Source of the DNA: Mobula hypostoma
Lineage: Eukaryota
DNA: 64,000 bases
Direction: 5' to 3'
Assembly (NCBI RefSeq): GCF_963921235.1
Contig: NC_086108.1
Coordinates: 94,180,001-94,244,000 of the forward strand
Shown here piece after piece: positions 37,395 to 49,676 of this stretch. Numbering within the stretch: the stretch's first letter is position 1; the number at the start of each line of letters is the position of its first letter. Both the position numbers and the translations under genes were made by a program. The notes below the pieces were generated by a model. The model searched no databases, had not been told where the DNA came from, and was given only the letters and a program-made list of their open reading frames with translations.

Positions 37395-38087
37395 TGTAAG
37401 GGGGTTTCGTCTTCAATGTTACTGCGTAGGCTAATCAAAATGGCTTCTTTGTTATGTTATACTTGGGAATGCTTCTTTGATATATTAAACGCTGAGAAAG
37501 TTCTTGTGCTAGCAGCTTGTTTTGGGTTAGAGTGATAAGAATATGTTACAAACCAATTGGGATAGTTGTTATGTTTATGGTGTATTTGAAGATACTGTAT
37601 GCGCGGGGTTTTGGGGGAGAAGGCGGGAGAGAGGGACAGAGAATGGACCAGGTGCTGTGATGTCCGCTAACGGGGTCGGACCCCGAGGAGGGTGTTCGGC
37701 GAGGAGACGGAGACGGACTCGTGTGGAGCGTCTGGTCGACCACTGTTGTTGGTCCCAGGCGGCCGGTCGAGGTGGTCCGAGGGGTCGCGGGGTGAAGAAG
37801 AAGGGTCCTGAGCTCCAACTGTTTGTGCACGAAGAGATGGAACTTTGATAAGTGTGGTGCCTTTTATTTTCCTTTTATATTTTATTCTCTATTAATTATA
37901 TAGTTCCAGTAATATCTATAAACTGTAAATCATTTAATCGTATCTGGTGTATTGTCTGTTATTTGGGCGGGGTGGGGTACATCACACAGCATCCACACAA
38001 ACTAATTACCCAGTTTGCCGGGGCCGAGGGCTGTTTCCCTAGACGACAGTGAGCCGAGCAACCCTGAGGCTGGCCAGGGGGGCTACA
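37395..38087. mobile_element. Solo LTR (Gypsy/ERV-like), 4-bp TSD, CpG-rich and therefore young
   Basis: TTAG|TGTAAG...GCTACA|TTAG. Confidence 0.75.
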
Positions 38088-38220
38088 TTAGTTTATTGTT
38101 GTATTGTCACATGTACCAAAATACAGTGAAAAGATTGTCTTACACACTGTTCATAATGATCAGGTCATTACACAGTGCAAGGTAAATCAAGCTAGAAACA
38201 GACACAATAGTGTAGCTTTA

Positions 38221-39168
38221 GGATGATAATGTGGTAAATTGGATCAGCAAATTTGCTGATGATACAAAGATTGGAGGTGTAGTAGACAGTGAGGAAGGTT
38301 TTCAGAGCCTGCAGAGGGACTTGGACCAGCTGGAAAAATGGGCTGAAAAATGGCAGATGGAGTTTAATACTGACAAGTGTGAGGTATTGCATGTTGGAAG
38401 GACAAACCAACGTAGAACATACAGGGTTAATGGTAAGGCACTGAGGAGTGCAGTGGAACAGAGGGATCTGGGAATACAGATACAAAATTCCCTAAAAGTG
38501 GCGTCACAGGTAGATAGGGTTGTAAAGAGAGCTTTTGGTACATTGGCCTTTATTAATCGAAGTATTGAGTATAAGAGCTGGAATGTTATGATGAGGTTGT
38601 ATAAGGCATTGGTGAGGCCGAATCTGGAGTATTGTGTTCAGTTTTGGTCACCAAATTACAGGAAGGACATAAATAAGGTTGAAAGAATGCAGAGAAGGTT
38701 TACAAGGATGTTGCCGGGACTTGAGAAACTCAGTTACAGAGAAAGGTTGAATAGGTTGGGACTTCCCTGGAGCGTAGAAGAATGAGGGGAGATTTGATAG
38801 AGGTATATAAAATTATGATGGGTATAGATAGAGTGAATGCAAGCAGGCTTTTTCCACTGAGGCAAGGGGAGAAAAAAACCAGAGGACATGGGTTAAGGGT
38901 GAGGGGGGAAAAGTGTAAAAGGAACATTAGGGGGGGGCTTCTTCACACAGAGAGTGGTGGGAGTATGGAATGAGCTGCCAGACGAGGTGGTAAATGCGGG
39001 TTCTTTTTTAACATTTAAGAATAAATTGGACAGATACATGGATGGGAGGTGTATGGAGGGATATGGTCCGTGTGCAGGTCAGTGGGACTAGGCAGAAAAT
39101 GGTTCGGCACAGCTAAGAAGGGCCAAAGGGCCTGTTTCTGTGCTGTAGTTTCTATGGTTCCATGGTTC
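38221..39168 (+). mobile_element. Young 5'-truncated CR1-like LINE
   Basis: KFADDTKIGG RT motif; nearly identical to 54670-55620. Confidence 0.9.
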
Positions 39169-39244
39169 TAGACGTGTGAGATTGGAGGGATATGGACCCC
39201 ATACAGGCAGACTGGATTTGTTTAATTCCGCCTCATGATAGAAG

Positions 39245-40515
39245 ACCATAAGACATAGGAGTGGAATTAGGCCATTCAGCCCATCAAGTCTGCTCCGCCA
39301 TTCCATATCCCACTCCAACCCATACACCTGCCTTCTCGCCATATCTTTCGATGCCCTGACCGATCAGGAAACGATCAACTTCCGCCTTAAATATATGCAC
39401 GCACGTGGCCTCCACTGCAATCTGTGACAGAGCATTCCACAGATTCACTACTCTCTCACTAAAAAAAAATTCATCCTTACCTCTGTTCTAAAGGGTCACC
39501 TCTCAAATTTGAGGCTGTGTCCTCCAGTTCTGGATATCCCCACCATAGGAAATATCCTCACCACATCCACCCTATCTCGTCCTTTCAACATTTGGTAGGT
39601 TTCAATGAGATCCCCCTGCATTCTCCTAAATTCCAGTGAGTACAGGCCCAAAGCTGCCAAATGCTCCTCATATGTTAACCCCTTCATTCCCGGAATCACC
39701 CTTGTAAATCTCCTCTGGATTCTCTCCTATGACAGAACATCCTTTCTGAGATATGGGGCCCAGATCTGTTGACAATACTCCAAATGTGGCCTAACTAGTG
39801 TGTTTTGAAGGCTCAGCATTATCTCCTTGCTTTTATATTCTATTCCCCTTGAAATAAGTGATAATATTGCATTTACCTTCTTTACCACAACCCGTGAATT
39901 AACCTTCTGGGAGTCTTGCATGGGGACTTCCAAGTACCTCTGCACCTCTGATGTTTGAATTTTCTCCCCATTTAGATAATACTCCACACTAGTGTTCCTT
40001 TTACCAAAATGCATTATCATACATTTCCCAACACTGTATTCCATCTGCCTCTTTTTTGCCCATTCTTCCAATTTATCTAAGTCCTGCTGAAATTGCATTG
40101 CTTCCTCAGCACTACCTACCCCTCCACCTATCTTCGTATCATCCACAAGCTTTGCCACAAAGCCATTAATTCCATTATCTAAATCATTGACAAACAACGT
40201 GAAAAGTGGTGGTCCCAATACTGACCCCTGAGGAACACCACTAGTCACTGGCAGCCAACCAGAAAAGGCCCCTTTTATTCCCACTTGCTGCCTCCTACCT
40301 GTCAGCCATTCCACTATCCTTGCCAGTATCCAATTCCCCAGGGACCATGCCAGAATCAAGTAATTCTTGAAAGATCACGACCAATGAATCTGTTATCTCT
40401 TCAGCAATCTCTTTCAGGACTCTAGGTTGAAGTTCATCTGGCCCGGGTGACTTATCCACCTTAAGACCTTTGAGTTTGCCTAGCACTTTTCCCTTGGTAA
40501 TCGCAATGGCACAAA
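39245..40515 (-). mobile_element. CR1-like LINE ORF2 fragment with internal deletion
   Basis: ORFs 39727..40359 and 40295..40486 (GVPQGSVLGP, KSPGPD). Confidence 0.85.
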
Positions 40516-40734
40516 CATCATGTACGTTAGCTCAAAGAGGATATATATTCCCTGCCTCGTGTAGTTTTCTGGGGTCTGTTTTGTATTCGGGTGTGTGGGA
40601 GGATCCCTAGTCTGGGTTAAATTAACAGAGAGTGTTTGGCCCTAATTAATTTATATATGATATAGTTAAAATTATATAGTGCTACACATCCCCTGTTTAT
40701 TTAACAGGTGCCAAGTTAGCATTGCAGTTAGCAA

Positions 40735-40973
40735 ACACGAGGAATTCTGCAGATGCTGGAACTTCAAGCAACACACATAAAAGTTGCTGGTGAACACAGC
40801 AGGCCAAGCAGCATCTATAGGAAGAGGTACAGTCGACGGTTCCGGCCGAGACCCTTCGTCAGGACTCAAGTTGGTCCTGACGGAGGGTCTCGGCCTGAAA
40901 CGTCGACTGTACCTCTTTCTATAGATGCTGCCTGGCCTGCTGCGTTCACTAGCAATTTTTGTGTGTGTCGATA
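40735..40973. mobile_element. Inverted pair of Penelope-like termini (two back-to-back hammerhead copies), 11-bp TSD
   Basis: GCAGTTAGCAA at 40724-40734 and 40974-40984; a minus copy ends at ~40866 and a plus copy starts at ~40873. Confidence 0.85.
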
Positions 40974-42804
40974 GCAGTTAGCAAGATGGTATTGCAGCTC
41001 GGGACATTCCGAATTTCAGAGTTCAATTCTGACGTCACTTGTAAGGAGTTGCTCTACACCCTCCCTGGGGAATGCGTTGGTCATCTCCAGTTCCCGCCCG
41101 CAGTCCAAAGACATACCAGTAAGTAGGTTAATTGGTCATTGTAAATTGTCCTGTGGTTAGGCTGGTGTTAAAGAGGTGGACAGTGAGGCTCGTTGGGCTG
41201 GGAGGGTTGGTTCCAATCTCTGTCTATAAACGTAAATAAATAAATAAAATTAAATAAGTAATGCAAAGAAGGAGCAAAAGTAGTGAGGTAGTGTTCATGG
41301 GTCTATTGACCGTGCAGAAGTCTGATGATAGAGGGGAAGAAGCTGTTCCTAAGATGTGGAGTGTATCTCTTCAAGCTCCTGTACCTCCTTTTTGATGGTA
41401 GCAATTAAAAGAGGGCATCTCTTGGGTGATGTGGGTCCTCAGTGATGGATACCGTCTTTTTGAAGCATCGGCTTTTGAAGATGTCCTCAAATGTGGGGAG
41501 GCTGGTGCCCATGACAGGGCTGGCTGAGTTTACAACCTTTAGCTGCCTTTTCCGAACTCCTGCCTTCAGGAAATCCAGGCCTTTGGTTTTGCTAGTTCAG
41601 TAAACTTAACTTCAGAGCCACTGTGCACTGTGGTAAAGTGAGCAAACCTACGGCCATAACAAAGATGTATCGATGCCTTACAGCTGTTGCCATTTTAACA
41701 GAAAAGACACTGACAATATTGTAACATTAAATCAGCAAAAACATTGTCATAATACTAAAAATCTTGTTGCCGCTTAGATACTTTTATCAGAAGGCACAGA
41801 TACGGTGACACAGGACAATCAATACATTAGAAACATTCTGTTATTGGTAAAAACAGTTGGATGAGAGCGATTTTTAAAGCAAACGCTGACATCGAGCCAA
41901 GCACAAAGATTAGCTGAGCTAATAAATAAACATAAATGAATTATCAGCTCATTGTTGGTAATGGAGAGGAAGTTGGATCAGGAATGATAATCGACTCATC
42001 AAGCTTAATATTAGACTGGACCACGTGAGCACAGGCAAGCAGAATTAGAGGCACGTACGCCACCCTTCACAGGGTCTAATTATAGATAGATTTGTACACA
42101 CGCACATATATATTTATATATAAAATGAATATACACTCACATGTACACATAGATATATTTACAGAACATAATGAAAATGTGACTTCCCGCTCCCCATTGT
42201 CTTGCTCCTGAGTTTAAGTGTGGGCTGAATGAAAGCTACTGCAGTCAATCATCCTGCAAGGTAAAATGATGAGGTTAAATATAATTATCCATTTTGTTAA
42301 ATCTCCAAGCAACTAACTCCTGGGCAAATACACTGCCTGCAGCCCAAAAGAGGTGTGAACAGATCTCATATTAGCATCCAAAGTATACAGCAAAGGAAAT
42401 TAATTTTTTGTTTGAAGCCTATTATAATTGAGTCATCGGTGGGCAAATAAAAGCATCAGCAGCAGGGCAGGAACAGATGCCATCTTGTAAGAGAACAGGG
42501 AGCGAAGTGGTTAGTTAATGCTCAGTAGTATTGGCTCATTTAAAGTCAGAGGACTTTCAACTGCTAAATATTAACAGATCGACCCAGTGCAGTCTCCTAC
42601 AGCTACTGATTAGAGATGGAAAAAGATGGGTGTAGGGTTAGCTGGAATAATGGGTTCATAACCCGTCAAGTTTTGTTTTCATAAGCCATCCTGACTAAAT
42701 GAGAAAGCTGATTGACGTGTGGGACTGCTCGCAGCCAGTACTGGATCGAGAAACAATCAGACGGGTTCTAACCAACTCATTTGTGTTCCGTCTTTCTTTT
42801 CTAG

Positions 42805-42933
42805 TTCTCAAAAGAGAGATACATAATGGATTCAACGCCCGAGAAACTGCGGAAAGAGCTGGAGGAGGAACTGAAATTGAACAGTGAAGACCTACGAAGT
42901 CACGCCTGGTACCATGGTCGCATTCCCAGGAAG
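42805..42933 (+). CDS. bcar3: BCAR3-like exon: FSKERYIMDSTPEKLRKELEEELKLNSEDLRSHAWYHGRIPRK (start of SH2)
   Basis: Polypyrimidine tract + ctag acceptor; 129 nt; AAG|gtgggt donor; SH2 N-terminal AWYHG motif. Confidence 0.95.
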
Positions 42934-43120
42934 GTGGGTCTCCTGTTCAGCTGCAGTGAGATGAGGCCCTTTTCTTTTTAATGCTTTGGAATTGGTTTAT
43001 TACTGTTGGGAAGTCTACGGTCATGCACTTAAGTAGAAAAAGACTATTTTCAAAACAGGGAGCAAACTCAGAAATCAGAGGTGCAAAGGGACCTGAGAGC
43101 CCTCGGGCAAGATTCCCTAA

Positions 43121-43210
43121 AAGTTCACCTGCAGGTTGAGTCGGTAGTAAAGATACACCTGCAGGTTAAGTCGGTAGTAAAGGTTCACCCGCAGGTTGAG
43201 TCGGTAGTCA
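43121..43210 (+). repeat. 3 x 30-bp tandem repeat within a CR1 fragment
   Basis: Unit ~aggttcacctgcaggttgagtcggtagtaa. Confidence 0.9.
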
Positions 43211-44662
43211 AGGAGGCAAATGCAGTCTTGGTGTTCATTGTGGAAATCTTTGCTACAGATGGCTGTGGAGGACCAGGCTTTGGGTGTATGTCAACCACAC
43301 GGTTACACTAAACCTTGCGGTGAGTAGCAAGGTAGTGTCGTGGTTAGTGCAACACAACAGCACCAGCTGTAAGACTGGGGTTCAATTCCCGCTACTTACT
43401 GTCTGCAAGGATTTGATCACACAAGTTTTCCCTGCATCTTCCCCTTTCCTCCCATGTTCCAAAGATGTACAGTTAGGGTCAGTGAGTTGTTGGTGCTGGA
43501 AACGTGGTGTCACTAGCTGGCTGCCCAGCATAACCCTCACTGATTTGGTTTGGTGCAAAACGACGAATTTCATCCTACGTTTGTGATAAATAAAACTAAT
43601 CTTTATCTTTACCATTAATCTTGTCTTTCAACCTTAGCACAATCTCAACAAGTCCTCCCGGGCTGTAGCACAAGCCTCCACACTCAGGGCAATACATAGT
43701 TGCCAGCTACCCCTTGGAGATCAGAGCACCTAAAGGAAACTTTCAGAGTGACAGAGAGACTCCACACTGAAACCTGGCACCAAGGTCGGGACTGAACCCA
43801 GATGTGGCACTGTGTGGCAGCAGCTACGCCTCTGACCATAAGACATCAGAGCAGCTCTCGAGACTGACCCCACACCATGTTTGACCCAGGGCCTCTCATC
43901 CGTCAACCTGGTCTAGTGGGGCTCTTCACTCAGGATAGTAAGTCTCTGGCACTCCTACAGAAGCCTCTGCTGGGTCAACTAGAGGTTTCAGAATGGATAA
44001 ATATTTATTCAGTAAGTTTATCAAAGAACAACAAGCGTGGAGCCAAGGTGCATAAATAGATCTGTGAGCCACAACATGGAGTATATTTGGGACTAAATTG
44101 CTTCCCTTGTGCCTAATGGTCCATTTGACTTTGTTTCCTGCTGTAGATGGAAACACAAGATTAGCAACCAGATTCTTGAGGACCTAGAACAAAAATCAAA
44201 CTGCGGGAGCAACTGAGCGGGTTGAGCTGCATCTGTAGGGGAAAAGGAACAGTCGATGCTTTGAATCAGACCCTGCACTGAAACTCAGCTCAACCCACTG
44301 AGATCCTCCAGCAGATGGATTGTTGCTCCAGATTCCAACTGTACTCCTGTAAGCCTGGATATGTTGGGAGCAGCTCTGATGAGAGGGGATGGGATTTTGA
44401 GCAGTGGTACCATGAATAGATAACAGACTGTCCTGAATGAGGCTCAGAAGCAGTTGTTACCCTTCAACTATCAGGCTGCTGAACCAGCATGGTAACTTCA
44501 CTCACTACAACTCTGAACTGATTACTCAACCTATGGACTCACTTTCGAGTCTCTACAACTCACGTTCTCAGTGTTATTTATTTACTATTATTATTATTAT
44601 CGTATTTGCAGTTTGTCTTATTTTGCACACTGGTTGTTTATCAGCCTCTGTACGTAGGTTTA

Positions 44663-45149
44663 CAGTTCTGTGCAAAAGCCTTAGGCACGTATATATAGCT
44701 AAGGCTTTTGCACAGAACTATATTTATCAACGTACAGCAGAGATGTCGGGAATGGCGAGGGTGGAGCACTGCGGGAGGGGTGTGGGACAAGTGGCAGGGA
44801 CAGAGTGCCAGGGCAGGGGATGGTGTGGGTGCAGACACACCCAGCCCTGAGACATTGGCAAGGTCAATTAATTCCAAACAATTGGTTTATTGATCATTAC
44901 AAAATGTTTCTCTGGTGTTTCCCCTTTTCCCAACCATGATTTCCCTCTCCCTGCCTCCTTCCCACTCTCAGTCCACAACAAAGACACATATCAAGATCAG
45001 GTTTATCATCACTCACGTATGTCATGAAATTGTCTTTTCCTTTGTGGCAGCAGTACAGTGCAATACATAAAATTACTACAGTACTGTGCAGCAGTTTTAG
45101 GTACCTTAGCTCTCTATACTGTATATGCCTAAGACTTTGCTCAGTAGTG
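44663..45149. mobile_element. Tc1-like composite element with TIR-TIR mini-hairpins at both ends
   Basis: TA|CAGTTCTGTGCAAAAGCCTTAGGCA.. and ..TGCCTAAGACTTTGCTCAGTAGTG|TA; additional inverted TIR copies at ~44700-44718 and ~45079-45104. Confidence 0.6.
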
Positions 45150-45218
45150 TATATGTACTTTGATAATAAATTTATTTTGAACTTTCAACTTGAACTTCTT
45201 AAGTATTTGTGTTTTTAG

Positions 45219-45664
45219 GTGGCAGAAACTCTGATTCAGAGAGATGGAGACTTCCTCATCCGTGACTGCCTTTCTAGCCCCGGAAACCATGTCTTGACCT
45301 GTCAGTGGAAGAATGCCCCTCATCATTTCATGATCAACAGAGTGCTCGTCCGCCTGAACGAAGGCTACTCCCGCTTGCAGTACCAGTTTGAGCGAGATAG
45401 CTTTGACAGCATCCCCGCCTTGGTCAGGTGCTACGTGGGGAACCGCAAGCCGATCTTCGAGCAGGTGGGGGCCATCATTTTCCAGCCGGTAAATCGGACA
45501 CTTCCGCTGAGGTGTGTGGAGGAAAAATACAGCATGACTCCTGTGGTCAAGGAACAGTTCAGCCAAGTGCCAAGTGGGAAGTCAGACACAGCGAAGAGGC
45601 TGAGCTTGAACATGTCGAATGGCTCCAGTCAGGACCACAGTTTGTCGCCAGGAAATCTTCTAAG
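45219..45664 (+). CDS. bcar3: BCAR3-like exon: SH2 core (VAETLIQRDGDFLIRD...RCYVGNRKP...GNLLR)
   Basis: ttttag acceptor; FLIRD phosphotyrosine-pocket motif; AG|gtgggt donor (phase 2); overlaps ORF 45219..45677. Confidence 0.96.
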
Positions 45665-46237
45665 GTGGGTTACTTGAAAGAAACTAACCCTTTTCTTTGC
45701 TCATGATTAAGTCTCTACTTAAGAAAGTATTCTAGTTAACAGGATCAATTTTAAAATCAGGCTGTATTTGATCAAGATATTTGATTGGCTTCCATTGTGG
45801 TTGATGTGGGATTGGTTTATTCATTAGCACATGTATTGAGATATAGTGGAAAAATCATACAGAACACTTCAAAAACATAAATATTTTGAGGGAGTACAAG
45901 AGAAGTGCAGGAACAGTGTATGGTGTCACAGTTACAGAAAAAATGCAGTGCAGGCAGACAGTGGGGTGCAAAGTCCATGCCCAGTAGATTGTGAAGACAA
46001 GTGAATGTTGAAACAGAGAAAAAGAAATATAACCTGAGGTAGTGTTAAGGTTTGTCAGGTTGTTTCAGGAACCTGTTAGCAGAGGGGAAGAAGCTGTTAT
46101 GGAACCTTGAGGTATAGCTGTTGAGGCTCCTGTAGCCACTACCTGATTGGCAGCATGGAGGAGAGGCCCTGGCCCAGATGTGAGAGGGCTTTGTCCCTCA
46201 TGATGGATGTTGTCTCCCTGAGACCTCCCCACTTGCA

Positions 46238-46528
46238 GGATAGAGGGGCGCATTTCAAAACAGAGATGCGGAGAAATTTCTTTACCCAAAGGGTGGTAAA
46301 TTTGTGGGATTTGTTGCCACATGTAGCTGCGGAGGCCAGGTCGTTGGGTGTACTTAAGGCAGAGATTGATAGGCTCTTGATTGGACATGGCATCAAAGGT
46401 TACGGGGAGAAGGCCGGGGACTGGGGTTGAGGAGGAGATAGAAAAAAGGATCAGCCATGATTGAATAGCACAGCAGACTCAATGAGCCAGATGGCCTAAT
46501 TCTGCTCCTATGTCTTATGGCCTTATGG
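46238..46528 (+). mobile_element. CR1-like 3' end
   Basis: RRNFFTQRVVNLW motif and tail. Confidence 0.75.
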
Positions 46529-46904
46529 AGTCAGAGATCTGCTGAACAGTGTTAAAACAGTGGGATTGAAGCTGTCCTTGAGCCTGATGATGTGTGCTTT
46601 TGTATCTTCTGCCCAATAGAAGGAGGAAGAAGGGAAAATGTCTGGGGTAGATGCCGGCTTTGATTACACTGGCTGCTTTAGTTCAAGCTGTGGCCTTCAG
46701 CATCTGCATTGCAGGGTTTTGAACAAGGTGGCTATGTATGGATGCACTGGTTTTCATCTTCATAGATTGCAGCATGGTTCTCACAGGTTAGAACAAAATA
46801 TACTTACCCCCATTATTTAGGAAAGGAAGGAGAGAGAAAACAGGGACCCGTTGTCAGGCTAACACAATTAGAAGGGGTAATGCTGAAACCTGTTATTAAA
46901 GAGG

Positions 46905-47140
46905 CATGGTAGCATAGTGGTTAGCGTTACGCTTTACAGCCTAGGTGACCCAGGTTCAATTCCCGCTGCTGTCGGTAAGGAGTCTGTATGTTCTCCCCGT
47001 GACTGTGTGTGTTTCCTCTGGGTGCACTGGTTTCCTCCTACGTTCCAAAGACATACAAGATTAATTGGCTATATGGGTATAATTCGGTGGTGCAGGCTCA
47101 TTGAGCTGAAAGGCCCTGATACTGTGCTGTTTCTCTAAAC
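46905..47140 (+). mobile_element. HE1-like tRNA-derived SINE (other copies at ~4705-4915+, 8410-8630-, 13050-13265+, 26850-27570-, 33050-33300+, 50170-50420-, 61280-61550-)
   Basis: A-box-like TAGCATAGTGG, B-box-like GGTTCAATTCC, CR1-like tail aaggccctg..tgctgt..ctctaaa. Confidence 0.75.
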
Positions 47141-49161
47141 CAAAAAAATAATATTGGGATTGGACAGGCAACATGAAAGAGACATTTATTTTTGTGATTG
47201 TATGAAGCATATTGGACAATGTCAAATGCACCACTTGTGGGACTTTCAGACAGTTTTCAGTAGGGCATGACGCAAGATTCATAAATAAAATTAAAACATG
47301 GGAAATTAGGAGTAATATACTGACTGTTTTGTAAATTGGTTAATGGACAGGCTAGGATGAAATGAGTCACTTTCCGGTTGGAGGTATAACTGCTGAGCTG
47401 CTGCAGGGATAGTTGCTGCGGCCTGGGTGCTCACGATCCATATCGAAGATTTGTAAGCAGGGGCTAATATGACACACTAAAGTTTGTTGATGATACAGAA
47501 CCCAGTGGCAGTGTGCACAATGATGGCAGGGAGGGAGGGAGAGGTGATGGCGAACATTGGGGGGAGATATAGATAGGTTAAGTGAATGGACAAGGATGTG
47601 GTAGAAGGAATATGATGTGGAGAAACTTGAGGTCAGAGTACAGAAATGAAAATGCAGAGTACTCCTTCAAAGGAATACTGCAGAAGGTTTTGTGTTTAAA
47701 ATGATCCTCAGTGCCCTTGGAGAAGAATTTGAGTACAAGTTTAAAGAGGACATGCTGAAACAACTAGCGTCCTGGAGAGATTGTACATAGAAGTTTGAGA
47801 ATAGACTTTGTTTTCCCTTCTTAAGGTAGGGTATAACTGCAATAGATTTTTCAACAAAGATTCCTCAGATTGACTGCTGGGGTGGTAGATTTGTTGTATG
47901 AAGAGAAATTTTGCAGACTGGTCCTATTGATATGTCACTTAGCTGTGGTGAGGATGTCGCAGTTTCAACATAAGAGGTTGGCCTTTGAGGACAGAGATGA
48001 GAGGTTTCTTCATCCAAAGGATGGTGAACCTTCGGAATTCTCTATGCAGGAGGCGCTGTCTCCGAGTATATGCAAGAGAGCGATTAATAGGTTTTTAGAT
48101 ATTAAGGTTTTGGGTTCATGCAGGAACAGAATGATGAGGTAAAAGATCAAAGACAAAATTGAGTTTATTCTCATATGCACAATGATCTCATTGAGTGGTG
48201 AAGGACACTTAGGGATGAAAATCCTATTCTTGCTTCAGTTTCTTATAAAAATCAGATGAATTTATATTTATGTGGCACTGGAGAGGTACCTTGTCTTTTA
48301 ATTATCTCCCTGAATTATTTACCTTGACCCATTAAATAGAATCAGACCAGGTTTATTATCACTGACATATGTTGTGAAATTTGTTGTTCTGCAACAGCAG
48401 CACAGTCCAATGCATAAAATATACTAGAGACTACAATAAGAAATATATATTAAAGTTTTAAATACGTAGTGCAAAAAATAGTGGAGTTCATTGACCATTC
48501 AGAAATCTGATGGCGGAGGGGAAGAAACTGTTCCGAAAGCATTGAAAAGGAAAACGTGGAAAAGGAGCATTAGGCTGGACTTGTGCCACATTCTCCTTTA
48601 TTCCATGTAACTAGTTCTTTGTAAAACGAAGCTCTTACATAACTGGCTGGCGTAAGTCTCTGTACATCCGGTTAAATGAAACATTTCTTTAATTACTGAT
48701 TCAGTTTTTCTACTTTCTGACATAATCTACACGTCCTTTGTCCTTGGGAAGGTTTGTTTTCCTGTAGCAGTTTAAAGGAGCGTCACGTTCCCATCTTTGA
48801 CCTTGGACACTCTTTGTAGCCAGTGTGCACAACAGGTTGTTGATGTTTCTTCCATACACAGATTTGTTTGCAATCCTTGAGCTCAGTTTCTTCGGCCACA
48901 TCATGGAGATTCAGTACATTTACGTTTTCATAGGCAGTCTGACAGCTCCTTTTATCTTCAGCTGTCTGTATTCAGCGCTGTACCACTGCCTGAGATGTGA
49001 GCAAGAGAAAGGTTTTGATGAAAGGTACTCGCATTTCAATACGTTCAAAAATGTTTCAATAGGTCAATGAGTTTCAATACTTCAAACCTAGAGTTTAGAA
49101 GTAGCACCAGGCAGCAGAGTTACTGGTTTAAGAAGAAAATTTTTTTCCATTGTCACCACAG

Positions 49162-49262
49162 GAATAAAGACAAGAGCGGGAGCCAGCCTGCATGTCTTGA
49201 CTACGTGCAAGATAGACGACAGCCCTTGAAGTCTCATCAGTCCGAGAGTTACCTCCCTTTGG
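49162..49262 (+). CDS. bcar3: BCAR3-like exon: NKDKSGSQPACLDYVQDRRQPLKSHQSESYLPLG
   Basis: cacag acceptor, G|gtgagt donor; 101 nt, phases 2 to 1 consistent with neighbours; BCAR3-type SGSQPACLD and HQSESYLP motifs. Confidence 0.95.
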
Positions 49263-49327
49263 GTGAGTTTTGGGCCAGTTATGGGGTTGCATAGCAGCAA
49301 TGTTAAGGAATGTGTGTAATACTTTAG

Positions 49328-49676
49328 CAAAGCATACAAAATGCTGGAGGGACTCAGCAAGCCAGGCAGCATCTACGGAGGGGACGTTTCGGGCTGGCAT
49401 CTTAGCAGCATCTGAGAGAGATACCTTTATGTGGCATTGGAAAGATACCTTGTTGTCTTGTTGGTTCCTCCATGAATTAGTTACCTTGACCCATTGGATA
49501 GAATCTGATCAGGTTTATTATCACTAACATGTGTCATGAAATTTGTTGTTCTACAACAGCAATACCTGACATTTACTATAAATTATAATAAGAAATAGAA
49601 TTAGAATAAATTAGAATAAAAATATATAGCATCTTGTGTGTGTTGCTAGAGATTTCCAGCATCTGCAAAGTCTCTA
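49328..49676. mobile_element. Inverted Penelope-like termini enclosing a copy of nearby intron sequence
   Basis: GTGTGTAATRCTTTAG at 49312-49327 and 49677-49692; PLE arms ~49328-49400 (-) and ~49628-49676 (+); the middle resembles 48267-48445. Confidence 0.6.

Noticed and set aside
43121..43210. 30-bp repeats as a CRISPR array
   Set aside because: Head-to-tail without spacers, inside a CR1 coding remnant, in a eukaryotic context.
46905..46975. tRNA gene
   Set aside because: A/B-box-like head of a SINE continuing into the SINE body; no complete cloverleaf.
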